Below are positions 9,200 through 18,995 of a stretch of DNA of 40,278 bases, one piece after another. The stretch's first letter is position 1. Each line of letters starts with the position of its first letter. The stretch is from NCBI GenBank assembly GCA_016282395.1, contig JAEEKL010000210.1, forward strand, positions 1 through 40,278, in the 5' to 3' direction. Position numbers and translations under genes: made by a program. This DNA comes from Bacteroidales bacterium (lineage in GTDB: Bacteria > Bacteroidota > Bacteroidia > Bacteroidales > WCHB1-69). The notes beneath the pieces are model-generated. The model was not told the DNA's origin. It ran no database searches and saw only the letters and a program-made list of their open reading frames with translations.

Positions 9200-10828
9200 C
9201 TATCTTACACGAACGGAGAATTCATCCAAAGTGCGGCTTCCAGCCTCAGAAGAGACCTTTATGTCGCTGAAATAGATGACCGTGTTGGCGGAAGCCTTCT
9301 GGATGGCGGCTTTTGCTTTCTCGCTCAGCGCACCGCCCTGACAAACAATGGCAGGTTCTTCCATACCTTTGACCACAAGGATCACACGATAGGAGTTAAC
9401 AGACCATTTCAAGTCGTACACAAAGTCATCGCCCATCGTGGCACGAATGACAGGGTTGGCCAGAATTTCGGCTTTGGCGCGTTTGCCACCACGGATGTTG
9501 GCACCCAATACCGCACGGGGATCCGGAACACGTTTCACACGGAACGTGGTGGAGCCCATGGTTTTAGTGGATTCACCGACCTTTGCAGCAACGGTCGCTG
9601 TCACAGTCTTTCCAATCAGAGAAGCGGGAACGCTCACGTTGAACTTGCCACCACCTTGGGAGGAAGCATTGCAACCCGGGAACGAAACGCTCAATTTGTC
9701 GGGAGACACAGGACCAGACACAGACACCGGGTTTGCGATACCGGCATAAAGCACGTTCATCTTATCCGCAGCAATGGTGGCAGAAGGAGTCAACACCGTG
9801 TATTTGTCTCTGAAACCATAGTATTTAGGTTGACCATTGGGATCCATAATCTTAATCAAACCAGCGTACTTCTGCTCTCCAGTGCCACCGGTACCGATTT
9901 TCAGCTTAACAAGACCATTTTCGCCTTCCAATTTGGTAGCGCCTGCGAGACCTTCTTCTGTAAGAGTGTCAGCACCCATCTTGTAATAGACCTCTGGTGT
10001 TGATTTGCTGTCGTAAGCGGCCACAATAATGTCAGCCTCGTATGAGTCGCCAGAGAAGACCATTTGGGATTTCGGGATAGAGCGGCCCGACACGTTGTCG
10101 AACTTGAAGTCATCGGCACTAATGGAAGCCTTGAGGTAGTTGAGCATAACAGACTCGGCATTTTTCACCTCTCCGATCATCTTGTTTAACAAGGTAGCGG
10201 AAGCTGCGGCGATGATATGGTCAAAGTTGTGGGTTTCCCAGTCTTGTTTTTCCTTATCATTGCTCAGGTAAGTGGCATCAACGTTAAGACCCATAGCTTC
10301 TTCCAAACGTTTCTGATCCTCTTTTTTGGCAAGTTTCAGGACATTCGCTTTATACTTCTTGATTTCTTCCTTCAGTTTTTTGGCATTACCCTTGTTAATC
10401 ATATAGTCCGTGGGGATGTCGAAATTGTCTTTTTTGACAATATCACCCACAGATTTTATCGTCTTAACCTTCTTGCCTTCAACTTCCTTTTCTACCAAAG
10501 AATCGCCATCAACGGTAAAAATCAGATCATTGCGCATCTTCTCAATGTATTTCACCATGGCATTAGATTCCTTTTTCAGAATCTGAGCTTTTCCGTATGC
10601 TTCGTCAACTTTCGCGCCTAAAATTGTCTTCTGACCAACGAACCACTGGTAGTCATTGGCATTCTGGTTGGCAGCGATGTTGGTGGAGGTAACCAAAGTG
10701 TCATCCACGACCACAAAAGCATCCAGAATGTTAGCAGAAACATTCAATGCCAACATGGCGGTGTACACCAGGTACATCATCTGTATCATTTTCTGTCTCG
10801 GGGTTTCCGGACAATTTGTTGCACCCAT
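9200..10828 (-). CDS. gldM: T9SS motor rotor GldM/PorM
   Basis: TPRQKMIQMMYLVYTAMLALNVS TM segment, ADKMNVLYAGIANPVSVS and FRVKRVPDP. Confidence 0.95.
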   Translation of the reverse strand: MGATNCPETPRQKMIQMMYLVYTAMLALNVSANILDAFVVVDDTLVTSTNIAANQNANDYQWFVGQKTILGAKVDEAYGKAQILKKESNAMVKYIEKMRNDLIFTVDGDSLVEKEVEGKKVKTIKSVGDIVKKDNFDIPTDYMINKGNAKKLKEEIKKYKANVLKLAKKEDQKRLEEAMGLNVDATYLSNDKEKQDWETHNFDHIIAAASATLLNKMIGEVKNAESVMLNYLKASISADDFKFDNVSGRSIPKSQMVFSGDSYEADIIVAAYDSKSTPEVYYKMGADTLTEEGLAGATKLEGENGLVKLKIGTGGTGEQKYAGLIKIMDPNGQPKYYGFRDKYTVLTPSATIAADKMNVLYAGIANPVSVSGPVSPDKLSVSFPGCNASSQGGGKFNVSVPASLIGKTVTATVAAKVGESTKTMGSTTFRVKRVPDPRAVLGANIRGGKRAKAEILANPVIRATMGDDFVYDLKWSVNSYRVILVVKGMEEPAIVCQGGALSEKAKAAIQKASANTVIYFSDIKVSSEAGSRTLDEFSVRVR

Positions 10829-10876
10829 ATCTCAATTAAATTTAATTAGTTAATAGGTTAATGAACTAAATGAAGA

Positions 10877-11623
10877 TTACTTCATTGCGGCGAGCATGTT
10901 GCCGTAAACGTTACTTAATTTGGATATGTTATGGGTTAATTTGTCCATTTCAGCCTTGAAGCTGTTTGTCTGCTCCATGGACTTGGCAGTCTGATCGTAT
11001 GCAACCGCCAGTTGTGAAACAGCCGTGGTGGCTCTCTTCACACTTTCGATGTAAGCTGCGGTAGCACCACCATCGGTTTCAAGATTGGCAGCAACCTTGT
11101 CATATTTCAAGGTCAGATTGCGGATAGACTCGGAAGCTTTCTGCAGGCTGGCAGTGTAATTGTCGGTGGAGACAACAGCGTCGGAGACACCGGCCAGTTT
11201 ATGGGCATTATCGCTCAGGTTGCGCATACCAGACGCAAGGCTTTCCATCAATTCGGGACCAATTTTAGCCTCTTCAAGCATCTTGTCAAGTGCTTGGGTG
11301 GGAGTCAATGAATCAGACTTCACTTGTTGCTTTTTGTCTCGGCGGGATTTCTTCGTCTCTTCTTCAAGTTCTATATCCGTACCTGTGGCCAACTCGGGAT
11401 AAACCAGTGCCCAGTTATACTCCACATGAAGCGGTTCGAATGCAGAGAAGAAGAAAATGACAGACTCAATACCCATACCTAAAATCAGCATGATGTTTGC
11501 GCCCGGCAAGTGCAAAATTTTGAACAAGGCACCAAGAATGACGACGGAAGCACCCCAGCCGTACAACTTTGCCATAAAGTTCTTGTAACCTTTTGTCCTG
11601 ACGATTTGATCAATCTTACTCAT
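10877..11623 (-). CDS. gldL: T9SS motor stator GldL/PorL
   Basis: YGWGASVVILGALFKILHLPGA...IESVIFFFSAFEP, YNWALVYPEL and C-terminal VYGNMLAAM. Confidence 0.96.
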   Translation of the reverse strand: MSKIDQIVRTKGYKNFMAKLYGWGASVVILGALFKILHLPGANIMLILGMGIESVIFFFSAFEPLHVEYNWALVYPELATGTDIELEEETKKSRRDKKQQVKSDSLTPTQALDKMLEEAKIGPELMESLASGMRNLSDNAHKLAGVSDAVVSTDNYTASLQKASESIRNLTLKYDKVAANLETDGGATAAYIESVKRATTAVSQLAVAYDQTAKSMEQTNSFKAEMDKLTHNISKLSNVYGNMLAAMK

Positions 11624-11682
11624 TTGTTTGATTTTTTTAAGTTAATGATTATTGTTTGTTGAAAAATTTCGTTTGTTGATTT

Positions 11683-13113
11683 TTAATACACGTGTGATGC
11701 GCTCTTACTATTGTTGTCGCCTCTCTGACGGCCCATGTAGGACTGAACATTACGGAAGCCGATGTAGGACTTGCAAGTATCCTGATAATCGTAAGTACGA
11801 GCATACACGGTGGTGAAATAGCTGACATCCTTCCAAGAGCCGCCGCGGATCACTTTTCTTTTCTTCACAGGAGAATCATCCTTGGTGGCATAATAGACGT
11901 ATGACGGGTTCATGTCGTGGGTGAAATTAGTGGCCGCCTCGTCGTAAGCGTCCTCGCACCATTCCGCCACATTGCCGCTCATATCGAACAAGCCCCAATC
12001 GTTGGGATGGTAGTGTGCCACAATACCGGGATAGAAGTTGTCGTCGGCGATATAGTTACCGCGCTGCGGCTTGAAGTTGCTCAAGAAACAGCCGTTCCTG
12101 TTGGTAGTGTAAGGGCCGCCCCAAGGATAGGGCACCAGCGGGTTGCCGCCGCGGGCCGCCCATTCCCACTCCGCCTCCATAGGCAGACGGAACTCTTGCT
12201 CAAACGCATAGTCCTTGCCGGCCAGCCATGACATGCGGAGCTGTGTTCTCCAGCTGGAGAACGCCTTGGCCTGACGCCAACTGACTCCCACGACCGGGTA
12301 ATTGTCGTATTGCGGGTTATTGAAATAGTTCATCAGCATCGGTTCGTTGTAAGAATAGACAAAATCGTGTGCCCAGCATAATGTGTCAGGATAGATGTTC
12401 ACCACCTCGTGCTTGATGAAGCGCTGCCATCCGTTGCCCATACTGCTGGGACGATTGGCATAGAGGCCACCAAGGTCATCTCCCTCCTTGTCAAACTCCT
12501 TGTATGACGCACCGAAATTTTCCGGATTCTTGGGGTCTCGGTAATTGCGGTAATCAATCCACCAATACTCATAGTTGAGCATCGAAGAGTTGATCTGGTT
12601 GGCACCGTAATGATAGTACCGGGTGTTCACCTTTTTGAACAAGGGGGACAAGGCAGCCTGAACCTCCTCGTTGTCAGAGTTCCAAGGGATTTTCTCTTTC
12701 CAATTGATTAACTTCGGTTCGATAATCTCGCCCTCGTTCTCGCCTTTCTCGTATTTCAGATAATGGCCGAATTTCTCCTCGTCGGTGATCTCAGCGTCAC
12801 CTAACAGTGTATGGGCGATGGAATCGCGTACCCAATATACAAACTGGCGGTACTCGTTGTTGGTGATTTCCGTCTCATCCATCCAGAACGCGGCCACGGT
12901 CACATTCTTGGACTGCTGGGTGAGTGCGAAAGGGACATCCTGGTCACCGCCGCCCATCACATAATGGCCGGTCGGGACATAAACCATCCCGTAAGGTTCC
13001 AAATCGAGGAAATCAGGACGATCCTTAACGCCGACGAGTTGCCCGTCGCCGCCGTTTTTACACGACACCATCAACACAAATGCCGCTGCAAGCAAAATGA
13101 TTACCCGTTTCAT
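11683..13113 (-). CDS. gldK: T9SS ring lipoprotein GldK/PorK
   Basis: Lipobox LMVSC; FGE-sulfatase-like motifs ETEITNNEYRQFV, RLPMEAEWEWAARGG, DMSGNVAEW and RGGSWKD. Confidence 0.95.
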   Translation of the reverse strand: MKRVIILLAAAFVLMVSCKNGGDGQLVGVKDRPDFLDLEPYGMVYVPTGHYVMGGGDQDVPFALTQQSKNVTVAAFWMDETEITNNEYRQFVYWVRDSIAHTLLGDAEITDEEKFGHYLKYEKGENEGEIIEPKLINWKEKIPWNSDNEEVQAALSPLFKKVNTRYYHYGANQINSSMLNYEYWWIDYRNYRDPKNPENFGASYKEFDKEGDDLGGLYANRPSSMGNGWQRFIKHEVVNIYPDTLCWAHDFVYSYNEPMLMNYFNNPQYDNYPVVGVSWRQAKAFSSWRTQLRMSWLAGKDYAFEQEFRLPMEAEWEWAARGGNPLVPYPWGGPYTTNRNGCFLSNFKPQRGNYIADDNFYPGIVAHYHPNDWGLFDMSGNVAEWCEDAYDEAATNFTHDMNPSYVYYATKDDSPVKKRKVIRGGSWKDVSYFTTVYARTYDYQDTCKSYIGFRNVQSYMGRQRGDNNSKSASHVY

Positions 13114-13161
13114 ATTTGTTTCTTTTTTAATTTTCAGTTATTAACGATCGTATGTTTGTTT

Positions 13162-14214
13162 TTAGTATCTATTCTTATAAATATAACGTGAATTTCCGTA
13201 TCCTGAGAACACTTCGGGCTTGTAAATGTCAAAGCAATAGCGAACCATAACCTCTATGTCACCGAAACTGCGATGTTTCTTATATGCGAGGGAGTTGGTA
13301 GTGAAACTGTAGGAAACACCGAGGTCAAGCCCTTTGAGATAGATGTTGGAGGAGTTGTGGAAAGGACGGGCACCGAAGGCGAGGGATACAGCATCTTGGA
13401 AACGGTATCCGAGACCGCCCCAATAAACGCCGTTGTAACGCGCCAGCGCCAGTATCTCCCATTGGAATGTCTTGAAGTCGGTCTTCACCAAAGCCTGTGG
13501 AATCAACTCCCAATTGGGGTTAACCGGCAACACCCATGTGTAGCCGCCATGTACATACAATTGAGAAGAGCGGGTCGGACCGTACTCGCCAGACACCCGA
13601 AGCACCTGATTCTTGTCGAACAATGCCGCAATTTGTGTCCAACCGGCACCCACATACCATTGGTCAGCCTTATACATAACGCCAAAATTGAAATCCAAGT
13701 CCAGCGTGGATTCGGACAACCGGTCTATAATGGGGTCTCCTGGTTGAATTGGAGTCAGGGGATCCGGCTTGATGGCCTGATTGTACAACGACACCTGAGC
13801 ACCAATGCCCAAATGCCCTCCGCCAAGACGAAGCTTGTACGCATAGCCTATCTTTATGCCAGTGTTGCTATAAATGCCGATTCTGTCATGAACCAAGGTC
13901 ACCCCTAAAGATCCATGCAGTTTTTTCAGATAAGATTCGATGCTGAAAAGAAAGTCCTGCGGCGCGGAACGGAAAAGTGAATCGTTGTTGATTGTCGTAC
14001 TTGATGAAGAAGCATCCCCCCAGCCCAGATATTTGTTGTTGTAATCCGCCGTAAAACACAACGTGTTATGCTGCTCTCCTATTCCGCCAGCATTATAATA
14101 GGAGGTCACCCACGGGAAAAAGGTGAATTGTGCGTCATCTTGTGCAAAACCTGACATCGTGACAAGCATTGCCATTAGCACCAACAGACCAACTTTTTGT
14201 ACACGTTTCTTCAT
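13162..14214 (-). CDS. porP: T9SS beta-barrel PorP/SprF family
   Basis: Signal peptide then AQDDAQFT, amphipathic beta-strands and WGGLGYR; first gene of porP-KLMN. Confidence 0.9.
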   Translation of the reverse strand: MKKRVQKVGLLVLMAMLVTMSGFAQDDAQFTFFPWVTSYYNAGGIGEQHNTLCFTADYNNKYLGWGDASSSSTTINNDSLFRSAPQDFLFSIESYLKKLHGSLGVTLVHDRIGIYSNTGIKIGYAYKLRLGGGHLGIGAQVSLYNQAIKPDPLTPIQPGDPIIDRLSESTLDLDFNFGVMYKADQWYVGAGWTQIAALFDKNQVLRVSGEYGPTRSSQLYVHGGYTWVLPVNPNWELIPQALVKTDFKTFQWEILALARYNGVYWGGLGYRFQDAVSLAFGARPFHNSSNIYLKGLDLGVSYSFTTNSLAYKKHRSFGDIEVMVRYCFDIYKPEVFSGYGNSRYIYKNRY

Positions 14215-14305
14215 ATCACATTCGAATTGTTTTATACACCAATTTACTAACTATCAGCGTATTATGCAATTCTCTCCTTCTTAATTTCTTACATTTTCCA
14301 TTCAT

Positions 14306-14333
14306 ATACGACCACTCCACTTAAAAAGTTACA
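14306..14333 (-). promoter_or_regulatory. Candidate ECF-sigma promoter (TGTAAC-N17-CGTAT) for the porP operon
   Basis: Fits the general ECF AAC-N16/17-CGT pattern. Confidence 0.5.
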
Positions 14334-14365
14334 CAATACACTTTAAGCCTAATTTTTTGAAGTGA

Positions 14366-14373
14366 CAAAAATA
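14366..14373 (-). promoter_or_regulatory. Sigma-A -7 box (TATTTTTG) upstream of porP
   Basis: Matches TAnnTTTG. Confidence 0.55.
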
Positions 14374-14504
14374 ACATATTTTTTGATTTGTTTCCCCGAT
14401 TTTTCAATTTTCCTTGAATAATTACCAACCGAACAAACAAACAACTTAATATCAGACATTTACAAACAAAAACAGCTGCAGCAATCTGAATTTCAACTAT
14501 TTGA

Positions 14505-17500
14505 CTAAAACAAAGCATTCAATGTGATGGAACCCGTGTGTATCACCGCATGGTTCTGCATGGCACGACCCTGATATTGTAACACAAACTGAAGAAACTG
14601 GCTGACAGACACTTGGCAATTCACTGTCCAAAGCAAATTCCCGCCCAAAGAAAGTCCTTCCAAGAGAAAGTAGGACACAGCGGAACTTTCCTCAACTGCC
14701 CCTTTCATTAGCACATACTCGGCTGAAAATGAAACAGTTCCTTTATTTAACCATCGGTACATCCAAGATGTCTCAAAACGATACTTGTGCACAAATTCTT
14801 TGTCCTGAAGATTCCTTTTGTTGACGTATTGTCCGGACAAAGAACCTGTTAATTTGTTTCTGTATTGCAGCTGGATGAGGGCATCTGCAGTATATGCCTC
14901 CACTAAATACTGTCGTGAAGCAAAACAGGTTGAACTGTTCTGCGTTTTCCTATGTTGAAACGAGGTTTGCAAATACAGCATCTCAACAGGAGTACTTTTA
15001 AGCACAATTTCTTGCATCCCAACACGATTGCATTCCAATCCATAATACAAGAACTGAGTGTTTTCCGTCTTTTGGACAATAAAATCAAAAGCGAACTTGT
15101 CATTGCTGTTGTTAAATGAAAAGGTATTTGTTAGATTAAAGCGGTCGGCAACGAGATTCGTATCCTCAATATTGCAAGGAAACGGATTGAACATCATTGA
15201 CTTATGTTTCAGCGATGTATTCAATGCCAGTACATCCTGGAATCTTGAAAGAAACTTTCTGAATCCTTTTTTGGTTCCCCAAGCAGTAGCCGGACGCAGC
15301 TGCACACTCTGGGTCCATTTGCTCTCATAGACGTTGACATAATCCGTGCCGGCAATCCAAACTTTGATGTATTCGGCCTCATCAGGGAAAAGGGCGATTT
15401 CAAACTCGTCAAGTTCCTCTATGCCGTTGCTATTGTAATCTTTCCAGAGATGAGTCCCCTGCCCTGCCGCTACCTTGATGTACGTGAACGTCTTCTTAAG
15501 TTCCATTCCGCTACCTGTCTCGTAATACAAATTGACCGTCAGCACGTTCTTGAGAAACCGACCCGTATATCGGACATCCCCGACGAAATAGTGTTCCGCA
15601 TTACGGACAGAATCCATCAGTGACTGATGACGGTAAGTAGCATTCAATGCGAAACTCTGGTTCCGGATCTGGGCGAAACGATATTGCGCCTTCACTTCAT
15701 GAATCAGCAGATGAGTGTGCATCTTCTGTGTGTCAGGAGTGAACTCCACGCGGTTCTTGTACGCAAACAGAAAATGGTGTTTCGCATTCTCCGCACTTCC
15801 TATTGTAGCGTTCAACTCGTTGAAAGCAAAACTGTTAAGTCTTAACAATTGTCGCACTGCATCCTTGAAGACATTATGTTCCAACAGGTTGTCAAACCCA
15901 ACAGTGAAATTTTTCCAACTTTTTGTAAGAAAAACAGACGACACTAAATAACGGCTTCTTTGGATGGAATCTTTAGTGAGGAGATAGCTCGTTCGTGTTT
16001 TCAGTTGCCAATTTTTCCACTTGTCGGCAGTTGTCAGCTCGTTCCGCAAAGCAAACACATCGTCAAGCCTGTCAAAAAAGTTTGCATGATAAAACAACTG
16101 GTGCCGATTCTGTTTTGTCAGAGCAATTCCGGCATCTATCAGCCAGTCAGAGTTATTCGTGGAATAATCTGACGAAAGGTTATACTGTCGGGCGAACTCC
16201 ACATCACGGAACGATTCAAATGGCGTGAAGTTCTTATGCACAAACTGCAACTGAAGTTGGCTCGTCAGAAGCCATGGCAACGAATCCCGTATGGAGTGCA
16301 ACGTTTCTATATCATTGACATTCAAGCTATAAGAAAATCCAACATCATCATCCCTGTCTTTCTTGGAGAAAGTGTTTTGATCATAATGGGACAAGGCGAA
16401 CTCCGAATTGATTCGGGTGTTTTTTCGGGCGGAGAAATCCAGTCCAATCGTTGCCATTTGTTGGGAAATCGGAGTCGTAAGCATCAAGACTGGCTCATAC
16501 TCGCCTTGCGGGATGCCATCTTCCGGCGCGACCCATTCAAAAACACGACCGTTAGCCGTACTGCTCGCCAATCTGTAATTGCCCTTATGCGTACCCATAT
16601 AGCTAAACGACGGATTATATAATGTAGTGTTAGATTTAATAGAATATTTATATATTGTATATATAATATTATTGTAATTTGTATCTATTTTTTCATACAA
16701 AACCCTATCCGGCGAAAAAACGGCAGTGTCAACTACGGGAAAATATGCTGTCGTCCCGGCATCTCCCAAAACGGCAAGGAAACGTTTGTTTTCATTCGTC
16801 AGTTCAGGTTGAATCGACTGGTTTTTCAAATCCTGCTCATGGAAAAAATTAACGTATAACTTGAGCGGATGCTTTCCTTCTATTTCTAATTCATTATGAG
16901 TAAAAAGATTATATCGCGAGTAGTGACGATTGGTGTATTCAAACTCCACAATGATTCGCTTTTCAACAGAGACCAACATTTGAGGGGTGAAGGTAATCTC
17001 TGCTGTGTTGTAATCCACCACGTAGTCATGGTCAGCACCACGTGTAAGCAACTGTCCGTCAATGTAAACCCGTTCCGAACCCGCCACCATAACAATAGAG
17101 ACTTCCCCGTCAGCACCATATAGTTTGTAGGGCCCTTGCACACCGTTCTGCACAGTCAGATGCTGACGGGCGAACCGTCCTTTCGCCATGCCTCCGCCTG
17201 CCTGGTTGGTCATCTTCAGGTTTTGTTTCGGTTGGGAAGTCACTCTGGCATCCAAGCCCAAGATGTTCCGCGAGACCCGCAAAAAACGGTCATCACGAAG
17301 ACTCAATAGTACATCGCCTGCATTGACGGTTGCTATTTCTTTTATTTTCAGGGCAATAAAGACACTGCTGATATCCTGTAGGGTTTGAGTGTTCCCTTCC
17401 GGCTGAATCGGGATATTCTTGTCAGAGACAGAGGCCATAATTTCCACATCATCAGACAATTTACCAGTAATCTGGAGGTTAAGGGCGGAATTAAGCACAA

Positions 17501-17951
17501 GATCCTGATTTGTGCCCACCGTCACACCGCGTGAAATCGCTCCATTCGTATATAATTCATTGTCATTCAACACATTTTTCAAAGAAGGAAGGGGGTAATC
17601 GGCGGTTTGGTGCCGGTAGTGCCTCTGTTCGATGTCACGGGAAAACTTATGCGCCACGGGAAGTGACAGGTCGGTCGGATAAACCTCGTACTGAACAAAA
17701 ATCCGTTTACCCAAAAGGGAGGAATCCAGCAGATAGAAAGTGGCGGTCAACGGATCGAGACGATATTGGGAACGTTGCAGTTCCTGAATCTGGAACGTGT
17801 TCGGGATAATGGAACATGTATCGATGCGCAAACTCATCGAATCCGCTGAAAAATGTCGGATCCGCAATGTGGGATTCTCCTGCGCATTGACATAATTGCA
17901 GCAAAGAAAACCGAGAAGAGCCGGTATGACGAGTAGTTTTTTTATCACCAA
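14505..17951 (-). CDS. Large conserved outer-membrane beta-barrel protein, hypothetical (SprA-like segments)
   Basis: 1148 aa, signal peptide, alternating beta-strand pattern, terminal Phe (ITLNALF), and motif VAGSERVYIDGQLLTRGADHDYVVDYNTAEITF. Confidence 0.75.
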   Translation of the reverse strand: MVIKKLLVIPALLGFLCCNYVNAQENPTLRIRHFSADSMSLRIDTCSIIPNTFQIQELQRSQYRLDPLTATFYLLDSSLLGKRIFVQYEVYPTDLSLPVAHKFSRDIEQRHYRHQTADYPLPSLKNVLNDNELYTNGAISRGVTVGTNQDLVLNSALNLQITGKLSDDVEIMASVSDKNIPIQPEGNTQTLQDISSVFIALKIKEIATVNAGDVLLSLRDDRFLRVSRNILGLDARVTSQPKQNLKMTNQAGGGMAKGRFARQHLTVQNGVQGPYKLYGADGEVSIVMVAGSERVYIDGQLLTRGADHDYVVDYNTAEITFTPQMLVSVEKRIIVEFEYTNRHYSRYNLFTHNELEIEGKHPLKLYVNFFHEQDLKNQSIQPELTNENKRFLAVLGDAGTTAYFPVVDTAVFSPDRVLYEKIDTNYNNIIYTIYKYSIKSNTTLYNPSFSYMGTHKGNYRLASSTANGRVFEWVAPEDGIPQGEYEPVLMLTTPISQQMATIGLDFSARKNTRINSEFALSHYDQNTFSKKDRDDDVGFSYSLNVNDIETLHSIRDSLPWLLTSQLQLQFVHKNFTPFESFRDVEFARQYNLSSDYSTNNSDWLIDAGIALTKQNRHQLFYHANFFDRLDDVFALRNELTTADKWKNWQLKTRTSYLLTKDSIQRSRYLVSSVFLTKSWKNFTVGFDNLLEHNVFKDAVRQLLRLNSFAFNELNATIGSAENAKHHFLFAYKNRVEFTPDTQKMHTHLLIHEVKAQYRFAQIRNQSFALNATYRHQSLMDSVRNAEHYFVGDVRYTGRFLKNVLTVNLYYETGSGMELKKTFTYIKVAAGQGTHLWKDYNSNGIEELDEFEIALFPDEAEYIKVWIAGTDYVNVYESKWTQSVQLRPATAWGTKKGFRKFLSRFQDVLALNTSLKHKSMMFNPFPCNIEDTNLVADRFNLTNTFSFNNSNDKFAFDFIVQKTENTQFLYYGLECNRVGMQEIVLKSTPVEMLYLQTSFQHRKTQNSSTCFASRQYLVEAYTADALIQLQYRNKLTGSLSGQYVNKRNLQDKEFVHKYRFETSWMYRWLNKGTVSFSAEYVLMKGAVEESSAVSYFLLEGLSLGGNLLWTVNCQVSVSQFLQFVLQYQGRAMQNHAVIHTGSITLNALF

Positions 17952-17974
17952 AAATATCTGACAAATAAATGCGG

Positions 17975-18011
17975 CAAAGATAACTCTCTTTTCTCAAATT
18001 TCGTATTTTTG
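17975..18011. promoter_or_regulatory. Divergent pair of sigma-A -7 boxes (minus 17975-17982, plus 18004-18011)
   Basis: TATCTTTG on the minus strand and TATTTTTG on the plus strand, between divergent genes. Confidence 0.7.
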
Positions 18012-18027
18012 CAGCAAATTTTTTGGC

Positions 18028-18981
18028 ATGGAGAATATTGAGAAATATGCAATGAAAGACACCCGTTCAGGGTTTGGAGCCGGCTTGGTGGAAGCGGCAG
18101 AGAAAAACGATAACATATTCGCACTCACGGCAGATGTCACAGGGAGCGTGAAGATGGGCGATTTCAAGGCAGCCCACCCGGAGCGTTTCATCCAATGCGG
18201 CATCGCGGAGGCCAACATGATCGGCATTTCCGCAGGTTTGGCGTTGAGCGGCAAGGTCCCGTTCGCCAGCGCGTTCGCCGGATTCATTTCCGGTCGCGTG
18301 TATGACCAAATCCGCATGACAGTAGCCTATTCGAACCTGAATGTCAAAATCGGAGCCTCGCACGCAGGCATCACCGTAGGCGAAGACGGCGCCACGCATC
18401 AGATGATGGAAGACCTCGGGCTGATGAAGATGCTGCCCAACATGGTGGTCATCAACCCCTGCGACTACAACCAAACCAAGATGGCGACCATTGCGGCGGC
18501 TGAATATTTCGGTCCGGTTTATATCCGCTTCGGAAGACCCGCTGTCCCCAACTTCACAGAGGAGAACAAGCCGTTTGTCATCGGGAAGGCTGAGGTCATG
18601 CAGGAAGGTACAGACGTGACCATTTTCGCCACCGGGCATTTGGTGTTCCCTGCCCTGCAAGCTGCTGACATGCTGCACGAACAGGGAATCAATGCTGAAG
18701 TCATCAACATCGCAACTATCAAGCCGTTAGACGAAGAGGCCATCCTGAACAGCATCCGCAAGACAGGTTGCGCTGTCACCGCCGAGGAACATTTCCTCAA
18801 CGGCGGCATGGGCGACTCCGTATGCCAATGCCTCAGCCGCAATTTCCCCGCCCCCGTTGAAATGATCGGCGTAAACGACCACTTCGGCGAAAGCGGAACC
18901 CCCGAAGAGCTGATGGCGCATTTCGGTCTGGACAAAGAACACATCGTAGAGGCCTGCAAAAAGGCTATTAGTCGTAAATAA
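18028..18981 (+). CDS. Transketolase, C-terminal subunit (pyrimidine-binding plus C-terminal domains)
   Basis: RFIQCGIAEANM, GEDGATHQ, GPVYIRFGR, IKPLD and TAEEH; no N-terminal ThDP-binding domain. Confidence 0.92.
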   Translation: MENIEKYAMKDTRSGFGAGLVEAAEKNDNIFALTADVTGSVKMGDFKAAHPERFIQCGIAEANMIGISAGLALSGKVPFASAFAGFISGRVYDQIRMTVAYSNLNVKIGASHAGITVGEDGATHQMMEDLGLMKMLPNMVVINPCDYNQTKMATIAAAEYFGPVYIRFGRPAVPNFTEENKPFVIGKAEVMQEGTDVTIFATGHLVFPALQAADMLHEQGINAEVINIATIKPLDEEAILNSIRKTGCAVTAEEHFLNGGMGDSVCQCLSRNFPAPVEMIGVNDHFGESGTPEELMAHFGLDKEHIVEACKKAISRK

Positions 18982-18995
18982 CTTATACACAGCGT

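Noticed and set aside
9044-10003. 319-aa plus-strand ORF and many other long antisense ORFs (for example 2895-3503, 13273-13908, 18067-18678, 24510-25127)
   Set aside because: These are shadows of codon-biased real genes on the opposite strand, with no motifs or promoters.
8236-13113. Evidence for gliding motility
   Set aside because: gldKLMN are shared with secretion-only T9SS; no gliding-specific genes are in the window.
16612-16640. Possible dif site (ATAATGTA core)
   Set aside because: The XerD arm does not match TTATGTTAAAT, and it lies within a CDS.
18983-18991. DnaA-box-like TTATACACA
   Set aside because: A single copy in a 14-nt gap; no cluster or unwinding element, so no oriC call.
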